This document shows, one piece after another, positions 41,666 to 51,700 of a DNA stretch of 62,588 bases. Both the position numbers and the translations under genes were made by a program. The stretch covers positions 1 to 62,588 of the forward strand of contig JAJZJF010000004.1 of the NCBI GenBank assembly GCA_021810245.1. Reading direction: 5' to 3'. The notes beneath the pieces are model-generated. The model saw nothing but the letters and a program-made list of their open reading frames with translations. It was not told the DNA's origin and ran no database searches. This DNA is from a bacterium (lineage in GTDB: Bacteria; Elusimicrobiota; Elusimicrobia; UBA1565; UBA9628). Positions within the stretch are counted from its first letter, which is position 1. Each line of letters starts with the position of its first letter.

Positions 41666-42895
41666 TTGAGATACTGGTTCTTTGACGGGAAGGGCCCGAC
41701 GGGGCCGTTTGAAGAAGAAGAACTCAAGAACCTCCCGGGCTTTAACTCCAAGAGCCTCATTTGCCCGGAAAACGCGCAGAGTTCCAACCAATGGAAACCA
41801 GCTCAATATTATCTCATTAAGCCGCCTCCGCAAAAAGCGCGTGCGGAAGCTCAGCTTCCTGAAAAAACCCGGATGGGTCGTTTAGCCGATCTCGAAGAAG
41901 CCGAGGCGGCGAAAAAAGACACAGAAAGCGAGTCTCAAAAATCTCAAGCGCAAAATCCGCCCTCTCGGAAAACGGGGCTTAAAATACTCTTTCTCTCTAC
42001 GCTGCTTGCTTGCGCTGTTTACTTTTCTCCAAGATTCATTTCTTTTTTCAGTTCTCGCATCCAGGCGTTCAAGTCGCCTTCTATAGCTTCTTCAGAGACT
42101 CAAGATAGGGGCTCTCAGGCCATTGAAATAGCCAAGGCTTTTCCCATAATGCCTCCAGATAGAAGTTACCCGGGGCGTATTGAAGATATCCTCTTGCCTT
42201 CAAAATGGAAAATTCCTAAAAACTTGGACGCGTTGCTTGAGGGAAAAGCGCTAGGCGCTCTTTCTCTTGAGACCCTTATCCTTTTGAAAGCGGAGGGCTT
42301 AAGCCCCATTTTCGGAGGAAAGTTAATCGCCCAAAACCCTCAAGAGTGGAAAAATTGGGGGGGAACCTTTCTTGAAAAAAACCTGGCTTTTCAGTGGAGC
42401 TCTTTTTCTCTTCCCAATTCCCATGTCCGCGTGGAAGCCTCTTCTCCATCGCCATGGTCCTTGGCCGGCAGAAAAGACATTTTTGATTGCGACGTTAAAA
42501 ATAAGACGCTTAAGCCCCTTAATTTTAATGCCTGGTTTGATTTGGAGCCCCGCGCGGCCAAGGCTTGGGCGGCTCAAAACAGGCTTTTTTGGCATGCGGC
42601 CGATGAACCACTCACAGAGGCCCCGGCGTATTCTGTAGCCGAGATGGATCAGAAATTGAAGGCTCATAAGCCCACATCCATTCGGGCGCCCACAAGGCCT
42701 TCTTCTCCTAGGCGCCCTGTTTCGCCAGAAAACCCAATTCCTAAACCTCAGAAAGTGGTTTTGCCCAAAACGCCTGGAAATTCTGGAAGTCCACATAAGA
42801 ATGCCGCGAATATGAGCTTAGATGAGCTCAATCGCTACCTCAATCGCGCCCAAGGTCAAGCTCCGAGCTCTAATTCCCCTCAAAACCCACACTAA
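41666..42895 (+). CDS. hypothetical protein with N-terminal GYF_2-like domain, one TM helix and Pro-rich tail
   Basis: YWFFDGKGPTGPFEEEELKNL resembles the GYF_2/DUF4339 domain. TM helix LKILFLSTLLACAVYF. TTG start, so the start is uncertain. Confidence 0.55.
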   Translation: MRYWFFDGKGPTGPFEEEELKNLPGFNSKSLICPENAQSSNQWKPAQYYLIKPPPQKARAEAQLPEKTRMGRLADLEEAEAAKKDTESESQKSQAQNPPSRKTGLKILFLSTLLACAVYFSPRFISFFSSRIQAFKSPSIASSETQDRGSQAIEIAKAFPIMPPDRSYPGRIEDILLPSKWKIPKNLDALLEGKALGALSLETLILLKAEGLSPIFGGKLIAQNPQEWKNWGGTFLEKNLAFQWSSFSLPNSHVRVEASSPSPWSLAGRKDIFDCDVKNKTLKPLNFNAWFDLEPRAAKAWAAQNRLFWHAADEPLTEAPAYSVAEMDQKLKAHKPTSIRAPTRPSSPRRPVSPENPIPKPQKVVLPKTPGNSGSPHKNAANMSLDELNRYLNRAQGQAPSSNSPQNPH

Positions 42896-42911
42896 GGGCC
42901 CAGAAAAGCTC

Positions 42912-42955
42912 TAGGCCTTTGGGCCCAGGTATGAGAAGCGTTTTTCGTTTATCCT
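42912..42955 (+). promoter_or_regulatory. TAGG proximal motif plus TATCCT, 6 nt before ATG 42962 (copy 5)
   Basis: TAGGCCTTTGGGCCCA at 42912. It is 38 nt to TATCCT (42950-42955), then TGAAAT, then ATG. The distal TAGG is degenerate. Confidence 0.5.
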
Positions 42956-42961
42956 TGAAAT

Positions 42962-43927
42962 ATGAGGAAAATGATGGTGGCAGTTCTTCTCGCCTTAGGA
43001 GTTTCCACTGCCCATGCGCAGCTGGGATCAGTCATCTCCGCGCCTTCCCGTCCCGCCAATAAACGCTCTGGTTCCGCGATCGCCAAAGCCATTCAAAATA
43101 GAAATTCTGTTCAAAGAGACAATCTTAAAGGGCTTAAGCGTTGCCAGAAAAATGTCGGTTCAACTCATTTTGATTGTTTGAGAAGGGAAATATCGAAACT
43201 GGGAAAAAAATCTAAAGTCTCTATGCCAAAGACTGTTCCTCTCCATAGACCCCAAGCGAGCTTTGTTTTAAGCGCGAGATTTTTAGCCCCCAAGGCCTCT
43301 CACTTTTCTCTTCCCAAGACAACCCCAATCGCGGTTAAAAAATCAAAAGTTTCCATTCCGGAACCATTGATTCAAAAAATGCTTTCTACTGAAAACCAAA
43401 ATGCAGCGGCGCGCCAAAACCCCTTCAGTCAGATGGAAAATCAATTTGTCTCCGCTTTTAGGAAAGCGAAATCTGGCGTCTTAAAAATTCCAAGTTATAT
43501 CGAGAGCTTGGTTTCTTACTATGCTAAAAAATACTCCGTTGACCCTAATTTGGCCTTGGCCATGGTTAAACAGGAAAGCGGTGGCAACCGCTACGCGGTT
43601 TCAAAAGTAGGGGCAATGGGGCTTGGGCAATTGATGCCTCAAACCGCCCGTCGTTTTGGGGTCACTAATCCCTTCGATCCTAGGCAAAATATCGCGGGCA
43701 TGATCCGCTACCTAAAATTTTTGCGGCAGAAGTTTCATGACGATGAGGTTTTAATGGTCGCGGCTTACAATAGCGGCGAGGGAAGAAAGGCTTTTCGCTA
43801 TGGTCTTATTCCGCGCTTTCATGAAACCATTGATTACGTCAAAAAAGTTTTTGGAAACTATTTTCGCTTAACCGGAGAAAAAGTCGATTATAAAAACCGG
43901 ATAGCGCCGCAGCATCTTGAGGCTTAG
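42962..43927 (+). CDS. lytic transglycosylase (SLT domain) with signal peptide
   Basis: Signal MRKMMVAVLLALGVSTAHA. SLT motifs MVKQESGGN, GAMGLGQLMP, AAYNSGEG. Confidence 0.85.
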   Translation: MRKMMVAVLLALGVSTAHAQLGSVISAPSRPANKRSGSAIAKAIQNRNSVQRDNLKGLKRCQKNVGSTHFDCLRREISKLGKKSKVSMPKTVPLHRPQASFVLSARFLAPKASHFSLPKTTPIAVKKSKVSIPEPLIQKMLSTENQNAAARQNPFSQMENQFVSAFRKAKSGVLKIPSYIESLVSYYAKKYSVDPNLALAMVKQESGGNRYAVSKVGAMGLGQLMPQTARRFGVTNPFDPRQNIAGMIRYLKFLRQKFHDDEVLMVAAYNSGEGRKAFRYGLIPRFHETIDYVKKVFGNYFRLTGEKVDYKNRIAPQHLEA

Positions 43928-43934
43928 TCCTGCC

Positions 43935-44273
43935 CTAATCAAAGGCGTTTTCGATGTGTTCTAGCTTGTCTCCATCGAAAGTAATGACGTCAAAGCGGAC
44001 GGGAGAGTCCAAACGGCTTTTTTGGAGATAAAGAAGGGCTGTGCGTTTAATTTTTTCTTTTTTAGAGGCATTAATTGTTTCTGCCGCCGCCCCAAAGGTG
44101 GAATAGGAGCGGGCTCTGACTTCTACAAATACGATTAACCCATTTATTTGGGCGATGATGTCGATTTCACCGCCTTTCCAGCGAAAGTTCCTCTGGAGAA
44201 TTTGGTATCCTTTTTGCGTTAGGTGCCGGCAGGCTGCTTCTTCCGATTGCGCGCCTTTTTCTCTGCGGTCCAT
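43935..44273 (-). CDS. YraN family (UPF0102) endonuclease-like protein
   Basis: 112 aa. GEIDIIA ... VFVEVRAR motif. Confidence 0.8.
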   Translation of the reverse strand: MDRREKGAQSEEAACRHLTQKGYQILQRNFRWKGGEIDIIAQINGLIVFVEVRARSYSTFGAAAETINASKKEKIKRTALLYLQKSRLDSPVRFDVITFDGDKLEHIENAFD

Positions 44274-44282
44274 GCTTTATGG

Positions 44283-44957
44283 TCAAGCCCTAAGGGCATG
44301 GCGGACTGGGGCATAACTTTTTCGATGAACGGAGGAAACCCCCAAGAGATGAAGAGCCTTTAGATGGTCTTTTGTTCCGTATCCTTTATGCTTTAAAAAT
44401 CCGTATCCGGGGAAACGCTGGTCGATTGTTTCCATCCAGCGGTCGCGGTAAACCTTTGCGATGATGGAGGCGCAGGCAATGGCCAGCGATTTTTGATCTC
44501 CTTTGATAATGGGAAGCTGCCTGCCTTTGAAATCAGGTATCGAAAAAGGGCCGTCGACTAAAACAGGCGCGGCTTTAAATTGAACGGCTTTCTTGGCGGC
44601 GCGATTCATCGCTCTTAGAGTCGCTTCTAAAATATTGAGCTTGTCGATTTCGGAGGGATAAGACCAGGCAATTGAAATCTTTTCAGCGCGGCGCTTTATT
44701 TCTAAAGCGAAAATCTTTCTTTGTTTGGGAGAAACTTGTTTAGAATCTCGGATTTCGATTGCGAGGGGAAAATCGTCGTTTTTGAGGAGGACCGCCGCGA
44801 CAAAAACGGGGCCGGCCAATGGGCCGCGCCCCGCTTCGTCGATTCCGATGAGAGAATCAGCGCCAAAAGCTCGCTTTATTTCCCGATCGAAGTCCCTGGG
44901 ACTTTTACTTTGCGGTTCCAAGAACGGGAGCGGATTGAGCTTTCGCCTTTGCCGCAT
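44283..44957 (-). CDS. rnhB: ribonuclease HII
   Basis: [15 protein letters not shown] catalytic motif. Start is uncertain (ATG 44957 or 45011); both overlap the rplS 3' end. Confidence 0.85.
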   Translation of the reverse strand: MRQRRKLNPLPFLEPQSKSPRDFDREIKRAFGADSLIGIDEAGRGPLAGPVFVAAVLLKNDDFPLAIEIRDSKQVSPKQRKIFALEIKRRAEKISIAWSYPSEIDKLNILEATLRAMNRAAKKAVQFKAAPVLVDGPFSIPDFKGRQLPIIKGDQKSLAIACASIIAKVYRDRWMETIDQRFPGYGFLKHKGYGTKDHLKALHLLGVSSVHRKSYAPVRHALRA

Positions 44958-45387
44958 TGGAAACCCCGTTTCCCTTTTCAGAGGAGGATTTCTCCGGTTG
45001 GGACTTCGCAACGGAAGCGTTCGCGGCTTCAGGCGAAGAACCCATTTGAGATGGAGAGCGGTCCGTCTCGTTGAGCCGCGCGGCTTTTCCTTTTAAATTC
45101 CTTAAGTAATAAAGGCGAGACCGGCGAACCTTTCCGGAGCGGACGACTTCGATTTTTTCAATCAGCGGCGAGTGAAGGGGGAAGGTTCTTTCGACTCCCA
45201 CTCCAAACGATATTTTTCTCACCGTGAAACTCTCGGCGATTCCAGAACCCCTTTTGAGCAAAACGACTCCTTCAAAGGCTTGGACGCGCTCAGAATCTCC
45301 TTCGACGACTTTAATGGAAACTCGAACTGAGTCTCCTACCCGGAATTCCGGATTTTTTTTTGTTTTATCCTTCGGTTCTGCGGTCAT
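44905..45387 (-). CDS. rplS: 50S ribosomal protein L19 with ~50-aa Lys/Ala/Ser-rich C-terminal extension
   Basis: [26 protein letters not shown]...RRSRLYYLR core, followed by a low-complexity tail. Confidence 0.9.
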   Translation of the reverse strand: MTAEPKDKTKKNPEFRVGDSVRVSIKVVEGDSERVQAFEGVVLLKRGSGIAESFTVRKISFGVGVERTFPLHSPLIEKIEVVRSGKVRRSRLYYLRNLKGKAARLNETDRSPSQMGSSPEAANASVAKSQPEKSSSEKGNGVSNAAKAKAQSAPVLGTAK

Positions 45388-46094
45388 TTTTTTCTCCCTG
45401 TCTGCTGCGTCATTAAATCGGGGCGCTTAAGGCGTGTGATTGTTTCCGCCGCATGGGCGCGCCATTGTCTAATGAGCTGGTGATTTCCAGAAATAAGAAC
45501 TTCTGGGATTTTTTTCCCGCGCCAATTTTGAGGGCGGGTATATTGCGGAAAATCGAGAAACGAACTGGAAAAAGATTCTTGTTCGACAGCTTCCGCCTTT
45601 TTTAGAACCCCGGGAATCAGCCGGGTCACGGCGTCGGCTAAAACCAGGGCCGGCAATTCTCCGCCGGTGAGCACATAATCGCCGATTGAAATTTCCTCAT
45701 CAAAATCGCTTCTAAGGCGTTCATCAACCCCTTCGTAATGGCCGCAGACAAGAACCAAATGCGGTTTGCGGGATAATTCCTGCGCTATTTCTTGGTTGAG
45801 GCGCCGGCCTTGGGGCGAAAGAAAAATGACATGAGATTTTGAAGAAGAGGCCTTGCGTATCGCTTGGTGAAGCGGTTCCGCCATCAAAACCATCCCCGGG
45901 CCGCCGCCGTAAGGTCTTTCGTCTACTTTACGGCGCTTGTCATCGCTGAAATCCCGCGGATTGATGCAGCGGGTTTCAAGGAACTTGTTGCTTCTGGCCC
46001 GAGAGAGAATGCTGGTGTTTAAGACCGTCTCGACCATGTCGGGAAATAGAGTGACAAAGTCTATTCTCAGAGGGGATTTAGCTGATTTGGACAT
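45384..46094 (-). CDS. trmD: tRNA (guanine37-N1)-methyltransferase
   Basis: [32 protein letters not shown] motifs. Start set at ATG 46094 (MSKSAK). Confidence 0.9.
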   Translation of the reverse strand: MSKSAKSPLRIDFVTLFPDMVETVLNTSILSRARSNKFLETRCINPRDFSDDKRRKVDERPYGGGPGMVLMAEPLHQAIRKASSSKSHVIFLSPQGRRLNQEIAQELSRKPHLVLVCGHYEGVDERLRSDFDEEISIGDYVLTGGELPALVLADAVTRLIPGVLKKAEAVEQESFSSSFLDFPQYTRPQNWRGKKIPEVLISGNHQLIRQWRAHAAETITRLKRPDLMTQQTGRKK

Positions 46095-46305
46095 GACTCC
46101 GTTTCCCTTGTTTGGACGCCGCCGCTCCCACCAACGCCCGTATCGCCTTGATGATGCGTCCTTCTTTGCCAATGACGCGCCCTTTGTCATCGTCGGCGAC
46201 TTTGACGGTAATATTAATGATCCCATTTTCTTCTTTTTCTTCCACCGCGACCGCTTCCGGATGGACGGTCAAGTTTTGAATTAGATAGAGAGTGAGGTCT
46301 TTCAT
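46078..46305 (-). CDS. KH-domain RNA-binding protein (UPF0109/YlqC-like)
   Basis: 75 aa. GRVIGKEGRIIKAIRAL (GxxG KH motif). Conserved position after rpsP. Confidence 0.8.
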   Translation of the reverse strand: MKDLTLYLIQNLTVHPEAVAVEEKEENGIINITVKVADDDKGRVIGKEGRIIKAIRALVGAAASKQGKRSHVQIS

Positions 46306-46334
46306 TCTAATCTATTGAATCCATCAATTTCGCG

Positions 46335-46595
46335 TCAGGCTTTTTCCTTTTTTGAAGCCAAGGCCTTGAGGAGTTGCGCCACTGTTTCGGAGGGTTTCGC
46401 TCCGTTTTTAATCCAGTGATCGACTCTTTCTTGATTGAGCGTCAGTTTTTTGGCTGAACTCGTCTCTTTAGGATCGTAGGTCCCAAGAATTTCCAACGGC
46501 TGTCCAGCCGGCCCTCTCATTTTTTCGATAGCCACCACGCGAAAATGCGGGTGTTTTGGTTTTCCAACTCTTTTAAGTCTAATTGTTACCGCCAT
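46335..46595 (-). CDS. rpsP: 30S ribosomal protein S16
   Basis: MAVTIRLKRVGKPKHPHFRVV is a typical S16 N-terminus. Confidence 0.9.
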   Translation of the reverse strand: MAVTIRLKRVGKPKHPHFRVVAIEKMRGPAGQPLEILGTYDPKETSSAKKLTLNQERVDHWIKNGAKPSETVAQLLKALASKKEKA

Positions 46596-46610
46596 TCATC
46601 ATCCCCCTTG

Positions 46611-47288
46611 TTATTTATTTTTGACTTGATCCTTCAAAATCTGAGCGGCTTGCGTTATGTTTTTTTGTCCAAATATCGCCGTTCCCGCCACCAAACTGTC
46701 TGCACCGGCCTCGGAAGCGAGCAAGGCTGTTTGCGGATTAATTCCGCCGTCGGCTTGAATCCAGCAATCGAGGTTGGCGGAATCAATGGCCTGCCGCAAG
46801 GTTGAAATTTTGGGAAGCATTTCCTTCATGAAATGGGCGCCGCCAAAGCCAGGGTCGACGGTCATGACCAAGACCAAATCAATTTCCGGCAGAAGGGGAA
46901 GAACCCGGTCTGCGGGGGTTTGGGGTCTAAGGGCAATGCCCGCCTTTTTCCCTTCTTTGCGGATTTTTTGCGCAAGGCTTTTGGCGTTCTTGGCCGCCTC
47001 GATATGGAAAGTGACGATATCAGCGCCCGCATTGGTAAACCACGGCGCGATGGACTCGGGGTCTTCAACCATGAGATGAGAATCCACGGTGAGCCCATAT
47101 TTCTTGGCCATGCGCACATGGTCGGGGCCAAAACTTAAATTGGGAACGAAATGGCCGTCCATGATGTCGACAGAAACCCAGGAGATTTTCGCCGCTTTAA
47201 CCGCTTGAATGGCTTCTCCCATCTGCGCTAAATCGCAAGCCAATAGCGACGGGACGATTTCAATGGAGTGTTTTCTAGTCATGGTCAT
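46611..47288 (-). CDS. rpe: ribulose-phosphate 3-epimerase
   Basis: PSLLACD, DIMDGHFVPN, MTVDPGFGG, DGGI motifs. Confidence 0.9.
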   Translation of the reverse strand: MTMTRKHSIEIVPSLLACDLAQMGEAIQAVKAAKISWVSVDIMDGHFVPNLSFGPDHVRMAKKYGLTVDSHLMVEDPESIAPWFTNAGADIVTFHIEAAKNAKSLAQKIRKEGKKAGIALRPQTPADRVLPLLPEIDLVLVMTVDPGFGGAHFMKEMLPKISTLRQAIDSANLDCWIQADGGINPQTALLASEAGADSLVAGTAIFGQKNITQAAQILKDQVKNK

Positions 47289-48259
47289 AAATCTTTTTCT
47301 TCAACCAAAATTCCGTTGAGAAATATGCGAACCTGGGCTTTGCCCGATTCATTGAGGGGGATATCAATTTTCGTGCCGGGTTTTCTGAGACCGTTAAAAA
47401 TCTCATGCTCTCCATATTTATCAATGGCGACGATTCTAACCAAACTTGCGCTTGCCCCTTGCGGGACTTCATAGTGAAACTCATTGGCTTGGGGCGCAGA
47501 CGAAGAGGAGGAGCCCGAGGCTTTGGCGCTAACGGTAATCGAGATAGCGGTTGAGGAGGAAAGAACCGTGTCAGAGTCAGGAGTTTGGCTTAAAATGATC
47601 CCGGCTGGAAATAACGAGGAGGGATCTTGATTGATGGTGATAGACAGATTTTCTTGTCCGGCCCAGGCCTGCGCTTCGGTTACGTTTTTGCGGAGAAAGT
47701 CAGGCATCAAAATGACCCCGGAGGGCGGCGATCCGTCCGAGACGGCTAAACTGATAGGGGAATTGCGCGCGACTCCCAGATCGGCTTTCGGATCTTGAGA
47801 TAAAACAATCCCTTTGTCTTCTTTAAGCGAATAGGCCTTCGAGACATCTCCTTCCGTCAGTTGGGATTCCCGGAGAAGCATTTCCGCGTTTCTGAGAGGC
47901 AACCCCGTGACATTGGGAACCAGCACAGTTTCTCCGCCTTGACTGATGACAACGCGAATAATTTTTTCTTCCCTGACGACTGTCCCGCCGGGGGGATTTT
48001 GTCGGAGTATGGAATCGATTGGAACGGAGGCGTCAAAATCAGAGCTTGTTTTTTCAAGACCGAGATGAAGGGGGGAAAGAATATCGAGGGCGGCAGACAA
48101 AGATTTGCCGCGCAGATCAGGCACGACCTGCGTTTTTCTGCTGTGCACGGCGCCTTCAATAGCCCACTGGAGCATAAAAAATAAAACTAGACCTAGAAAT
48201 ACGAGGGCGATGGCGGCTTCCCACCAACGCACAAACGATAAATTTTCTCTATTTTCCAC
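47285..48259 (-). CDS. stand-alone PASTA-domain membrane protein
   Basis: N-terminal TM helix, then at least three PASTA-like repeats (VVPDLRGKSLSAALDIL; VPNVTGLPLRNAEMLL; MPDFLRKNVTEAQAW). No kinase or transpeptidase domain. Confidence 0.7.
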   Translation of the reverse strand: MENRENLSFVRWWEAAIALVFLGLVLFFMLQWAIEGAVHSRKTQVVPDLRGKSLSAALDILSPLHLGLEKTSSDFDASVPIDSILRQNPPGGTVVREEKIIRVVISQGGETVLVPNVTGLPLRNAEMLLRESQLTEGDVSKAYSLKEDKGIVLSQDPKADLGVARNSPISLAVSDGSPPSGVILMPDFLRKNVTEAQAWAGQENLSITINQDPSSLFPAGIILSQTPDSDTVLSSSTAISITVSAKASGSSSSSAPQANEFHYEVPQGASASLVRIVAIDKYGEHEIFNGLRKPGTKIDIPLNESGKAQVRIFLNGILVEEKDL

Positions 48260-49208
48260 GTTTTAAAGGGAGACTGTGCCCCGCGGTCAAGCGCCGACCA
48301 TTTAAAAATTCGGCCGCTCCCATCGGACTTTTTCCCTCAGGCTGGACGCGCGAAATCCAAACAGAACTGCCTTGTCCACATTGTAACAAAAAGCCCCGTT
48401 GTTGTTCAACGCGTAGAATGGTTCCAATGGGCGCGGGAAATGGAGAAGAGAATGCCGAGTTTAAAGACGTTTGAAGAACGGAAACGCGCTTGTCGCCGGA
48501 AGAGTCTCTCAGAACAAAGTAGGCGCGGGGCCAGATAAAGAGCCCGCGGACGAGATTGTGGATTTGAATGGCAGAATTCTCAAAATCGATGAGCCCGTCG
48601 GTTTTTTTGAGCAATGGAGCATAGCTTGGGGCTCCTTCTTGAGGAGTTTTGAGATAATCCCCATGGGAGATTTGCCCAAGAGCCGTCTTCAGTAAATCTA
48701 ATCCGATGGGCTCAAGTTTTTCCATCAGTTGAGAAGCGTTTTCAGTCGGCAGTATTTCCGCCTCTTTTTGACTTAGAAGGGGGCCGGTGTCCATTCCCTC
48801 ATCCAGCCAAAACAGAGAGACTCCGGTTTTGGTCTCTCCATTGATGAGAGCCCAGGGAACCGGAGCGGAACCGCGGTATTTGGGCAATAGCGAGAAATGG
48901 ACATTGATGTGTCCTAAACGAGCGGCTTTGAGAGCGTCGGGTTTGAGAATTTGTCCATATGCGATAACGATCCCTAAATCGGCGTCGAAGGACTTGATTT
49001 GCGCCGCTATCTCGGAAGGGCGTTCTGGCTGAAGAACGGGCAGTTTGAGTTTTAAGGCTGCTTCCTTGACTGGGGTGGGTTTTGTCTCAAGACCGCGTCC
49101 CACGGGGCGATCCGGCTGGGTGATGATGGCGGCAACTTCCGATTCTTCCGCCGCTAATTGCAGATAAGGAACGGCGATACTTGGGGTTCCGTAAAACAGG
49201 GTTCGCAT
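48249..49208 (-). CDS. fmt: methionyl-tRNA formyltransferase
   Basis: MRTLFYGTPSIAVPYL, INVHFSLLPKYRGSAPV (formyltransferase motif). Confidence 0.9.
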   Translation of the reverse strand: MRTLFYGTPSIAVPYLQLAAEESEVAAIITQPDRPVGRGLETKPTPVKEAALKLKLPVLQPERPSEIAAQIKSFDADLGIVIAYGQILKPDALKAARLGHINVHFSLLPKYRGSAPVPWALINGETKTGVSLFWLDEGMDTGPLLSQKEAEILPTENASQLMEKLEPIGLDLLKTALGQISHGDYLKTPQEGAPSYAPLLKKTDGLIDFENSAIQIHNLVRGLFIWPRAYFVLRDSSGDKRVSVLQTSLNSAFSSPFPAPIGTILRVEQQRGFLLQCGQGSSVWISRVQPEGKSPMGAAEFLNGRRLTAGHSLPLKRGK

Positions 49209-49223
49209 TAGGATACGGTTCTC

Positions 49224-49736
49224 TTAGTTCCAGTTCTTCTTCAGATCTTTGACCAGAGATAAGACTTTCAGTTTGCTTGTGAAGTCGAGACGATCGATGA
49301 AGAGTTTGCCGTCTAAATGATCGACTTCATGCTGGAAAGCTCGCGCCAAGAGGCCTTCCCCTGCCATTTGAAAAGGCTTGCCTTCGGCGTTGAGGGCGTG
49401 GATTTTCGCGCGGGAAAACCTTTTGACCTTGGCATAAACTCCGGGGACTGACAAACAACCCTCTTCTTCTTCGAGATGACCATCTTTATCGATGATTTCC
49501 GGGTTGATTAAAACAATTTTTTGGGATTTGCCCTCCGGCCTGACATCGATAATGCAAAGCCGTATGTTGAGCCCGATTTGAGGCGCGGCCAGCCCCACCC
49601 CATTGACGGAATACATGGTTGCCCACATGTCTTTGAGGAGCTTGGCCAGTTTCGGCTTTATCTTGTCATAATCAACGGGAGCAGAGACGGTCTTAAGAAC
49701 TTTTTCTCCGTGTTTGGTAATTCTCATCACAGCCAT
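49224..49736 (-). CDS. def: peptide deformylase
   Basis: GVGLAAPQIG, EGCLSVPG, HEVDHLDG motifs. Confidence 0.95.
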   Translation of the reverse strand: MAVMRITKHGEKVLKTVSAPVDYDKIKPKLAKLLKDMWATMYSVNGVGLAAPQIGLNIRLCIIDVRPEGKSQKIVLINPEIIDKDGHLEEEEGCLSVPGVYAKVKRFSRAKIHALNAEGKPFQMAGEGLLARAFQHEVDHLDGKLFIDRLDFTSKLKVLSLVKDLKKNWN

Positions 49737-50221
49737 TATATTTTTCTAGAGCGAATAAGCCGCAGGGCTTCTTCGGCGGACGCCAAGTTGAGGGCGTCAA
49801 TAAAATCCGGCTGAAATAAAAGGGAGGCCTTGCGGAGTATTTGGAGGTGTCGGGGATAAAATTCTTTTTTGTTGGGAGATAAAAAGATAAACATCAGTCG
49901 AATCATATTGGCGGAATCGTTTTGTTCATTGAGACCGTAGGGTAGTAAAGCCAGGGCGGCGGCGAAATCATCGAGGCCGTCTATTCGCGCGTGCGGAATG
50001 CTCAGCCCGGTATCTAAGGTCGTAGGGATTCCTTTTTCTCTCTCATGGACCTTGGATTGAAGAAATTCTAAGTTTGAGATATGATGAGCTTCGCATATGC
50101 GGGAAATGAGAGAGTTCATCAAGACTTCTTTTTTTGTAAAAGGCTCGGCGCGAAGGATTGTTTTTTCGGTGAGCAAAAAGCCGATATCTGTTTCTTCCGT
50201 AAAATCCATTTTGTGGCCCAA
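49736..50221 (-). CDS. PTS EIIA-type 2 (PtsN-like) domain protein
   Basis: 161 aa. REKGIPTTLDTGLSIPHARIDG resembles the EIIA-2 active-site His region. Confidence 0.65.
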   Translation of the reverse strand: MGHKMDFTEETDIGFLLTEKTILRAEPFTKKEVLMNSLISRICEAHHISNLEFLQSKVHEREKGIPTTLDTGLSIPHARIDGLDDFAAALALLPYGLNEQNDSANMIRLMFIFLSPNKKEFYPRHLQILRKASLLFQPDFIDALNLASAEEALRLIRSRKI

Positions 50222-50357
50222 GTGATTTTATCCCATTTTATCACAAAAAGGCCTGGGCTTTGTTGTCGGGCAACAATTTTTCATATCGCGGCGGAATCGC
50301 TGCTGGCTTTTCATCAGATTAGGTATTGCGCCTTAAGGTTTTGTAGAAATTAAGGAT

Positions 50358-51671
50358 ATGCCTGCCGAGACTGAATTGGAAGGTCTTATCGTCACCGACA
50401 GCTATCTGCGTATTTTTGAGGCGCTCAAAGATAAAGCTCCGATTGTTTTTGTCAGCGGAAAGGCGGGAAGCGGAAAATCAACCCTGATTCGCTGGATTAT
50501 CGAGCAGAAAAAATGGCGCTCGGCCATTGTCGCCCCGACTGGAATTGCCGCCCTCAACGTCGGCGGCGCGACGATTCATTCCTTTTTCAAACTGCCTTCC
50601 CGTCTTCTCCAGGCCTCCGATATTCGCCGCATGTCAAAACGCGCTCTTTATGAAAATCTCGATCTTCTGATTATTGACGAAATTTCGATGGTTCGGGCCG
50701 ATGTCATGGACGCGATTGGGAGTTTCCTCGAAAAAAACGGGCCGCAGCTTGGCCAGCCTTTTGGCGGCGTTCAAATTCTCCTAGTCGGAGATCTCTTTCA
50801 GCTTCCTCCGGTGGTTTCCGGCTCCGATCTAAACTCATTTTTTAGCGAAATTTATCCCAATCCCTATTTTTTTAGCTCCCGGGTCCTTGGAGAAGTGCGG
50901 ATGAAATTTTTCGAGTTAGAAGAGGCCTTTAGGCAAAAAGACCGCTTTTTCGCGGGGCTTTTAAATCAAATTCGCACGGGAGAAAATCTCGAAGAGGTCG
51001 TCTTCCAGATTAATCAGCGCTGTTTTAAAAAGAGGGAGATGCCGCAATTGCCCAGTATTCTTCTAACTACCACTAATCGCGCGGCGGATATTCGTAACGA
51101 ACAAGCCTTGGCATCTTTGTCGGGGGAAAACAAGGTTTATGCCGGGACTTTTAAAGGCGCTTTTGATTCTCTTCGGGAACGCTTGCCGTCTCCCGAGTTT
51201 CTCAAACTTAAAATCGGAGCTCAGGTGATGCTGACAAAAAACGGGAGCGAATGGGTTAATGGCAGCCTCGGGGTCGTTCGAGACTTGAAAGAAAACAGCG
51301 TGGTAGTTGAAATTCAAGATGAGAATCCGCGCATGGTTGAAGTGGAAGCGAGCACGTGGGAATCCGTGCGCTACCATTGGGACCCGGAACAAAAAATTAT
51401 TCACAAGGAAAGCGCCGGGCAGTTTTCTCAAATTCCCTTAACCTTGGCTTGGGCAACGACCATTCACAAAGCCCAGGGAAAAACTCTCAGTTCCGTCGAA
51501 ATTGATTTAGGATACGGCGCCTTTGCCGCGGGGCAGGCCTACGTTGCATTAAGCCGGTGCCGAGAGTTGTCCCATATTTGTCTTTCGCGCCCGCTTCAAA
51601 AGCGAGATATTATCTGCGAGCCTGAAATCGCGCGGTTTTATTCTCAGTTAAAGCGATTGGGCGCGTCTTGA
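50358..51671 (+). CDS. PIF1/RecD-like superfamily 1 DNA helicase
   Basis: Walker A SGKAGSGKST, APTGIAALNVGGATIHSFF, LLIIDEISMV, LVGDLFQLPPV, and C-terminal TIHKAQGKT...YVALSR. Confidence 0.85.
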   Translation: MPAETELEGLIVTDSYLRIFEALKDKAPIVFVSGKAGSGKSTLIRWIIEQKKWRSAIVAPTGIAALNVGGATIHSFFKLPSRLLQASDIRRMSKRALYENLDLLIIDEISMVRADVMDAIGSFLEKNGPQLGQPFGGVQILLVGDLFQLPPVVSGSDLNSFFSEIYPNPYFFSSRVLGEVRMKFFELEEAFRQKDRFFAGLLNQIRTGENLEEVVFQINQRCFKKREMPQLPSILLTTTNRAADIRNEQALASLSGENKVYAGTFKGAFDSLRERLPSPEFLKLKIGAQVMLTKNGSEWVNGSLGVVRDLKENSVVVEIQDENPRMVEVEASTWESVRYHWDPEQKIIHKESAGQFSQIPLTLAWATTIHKAQGKTLSSVEIDLGYGAFAAGQAYVALSRCRELSHICLSRPLQKRDIICEPEIARFYSQLKRLGAS

Positions 51672-51700
51672 AGCGGGCTAAAAAACTTTGAGCCCCGAAA

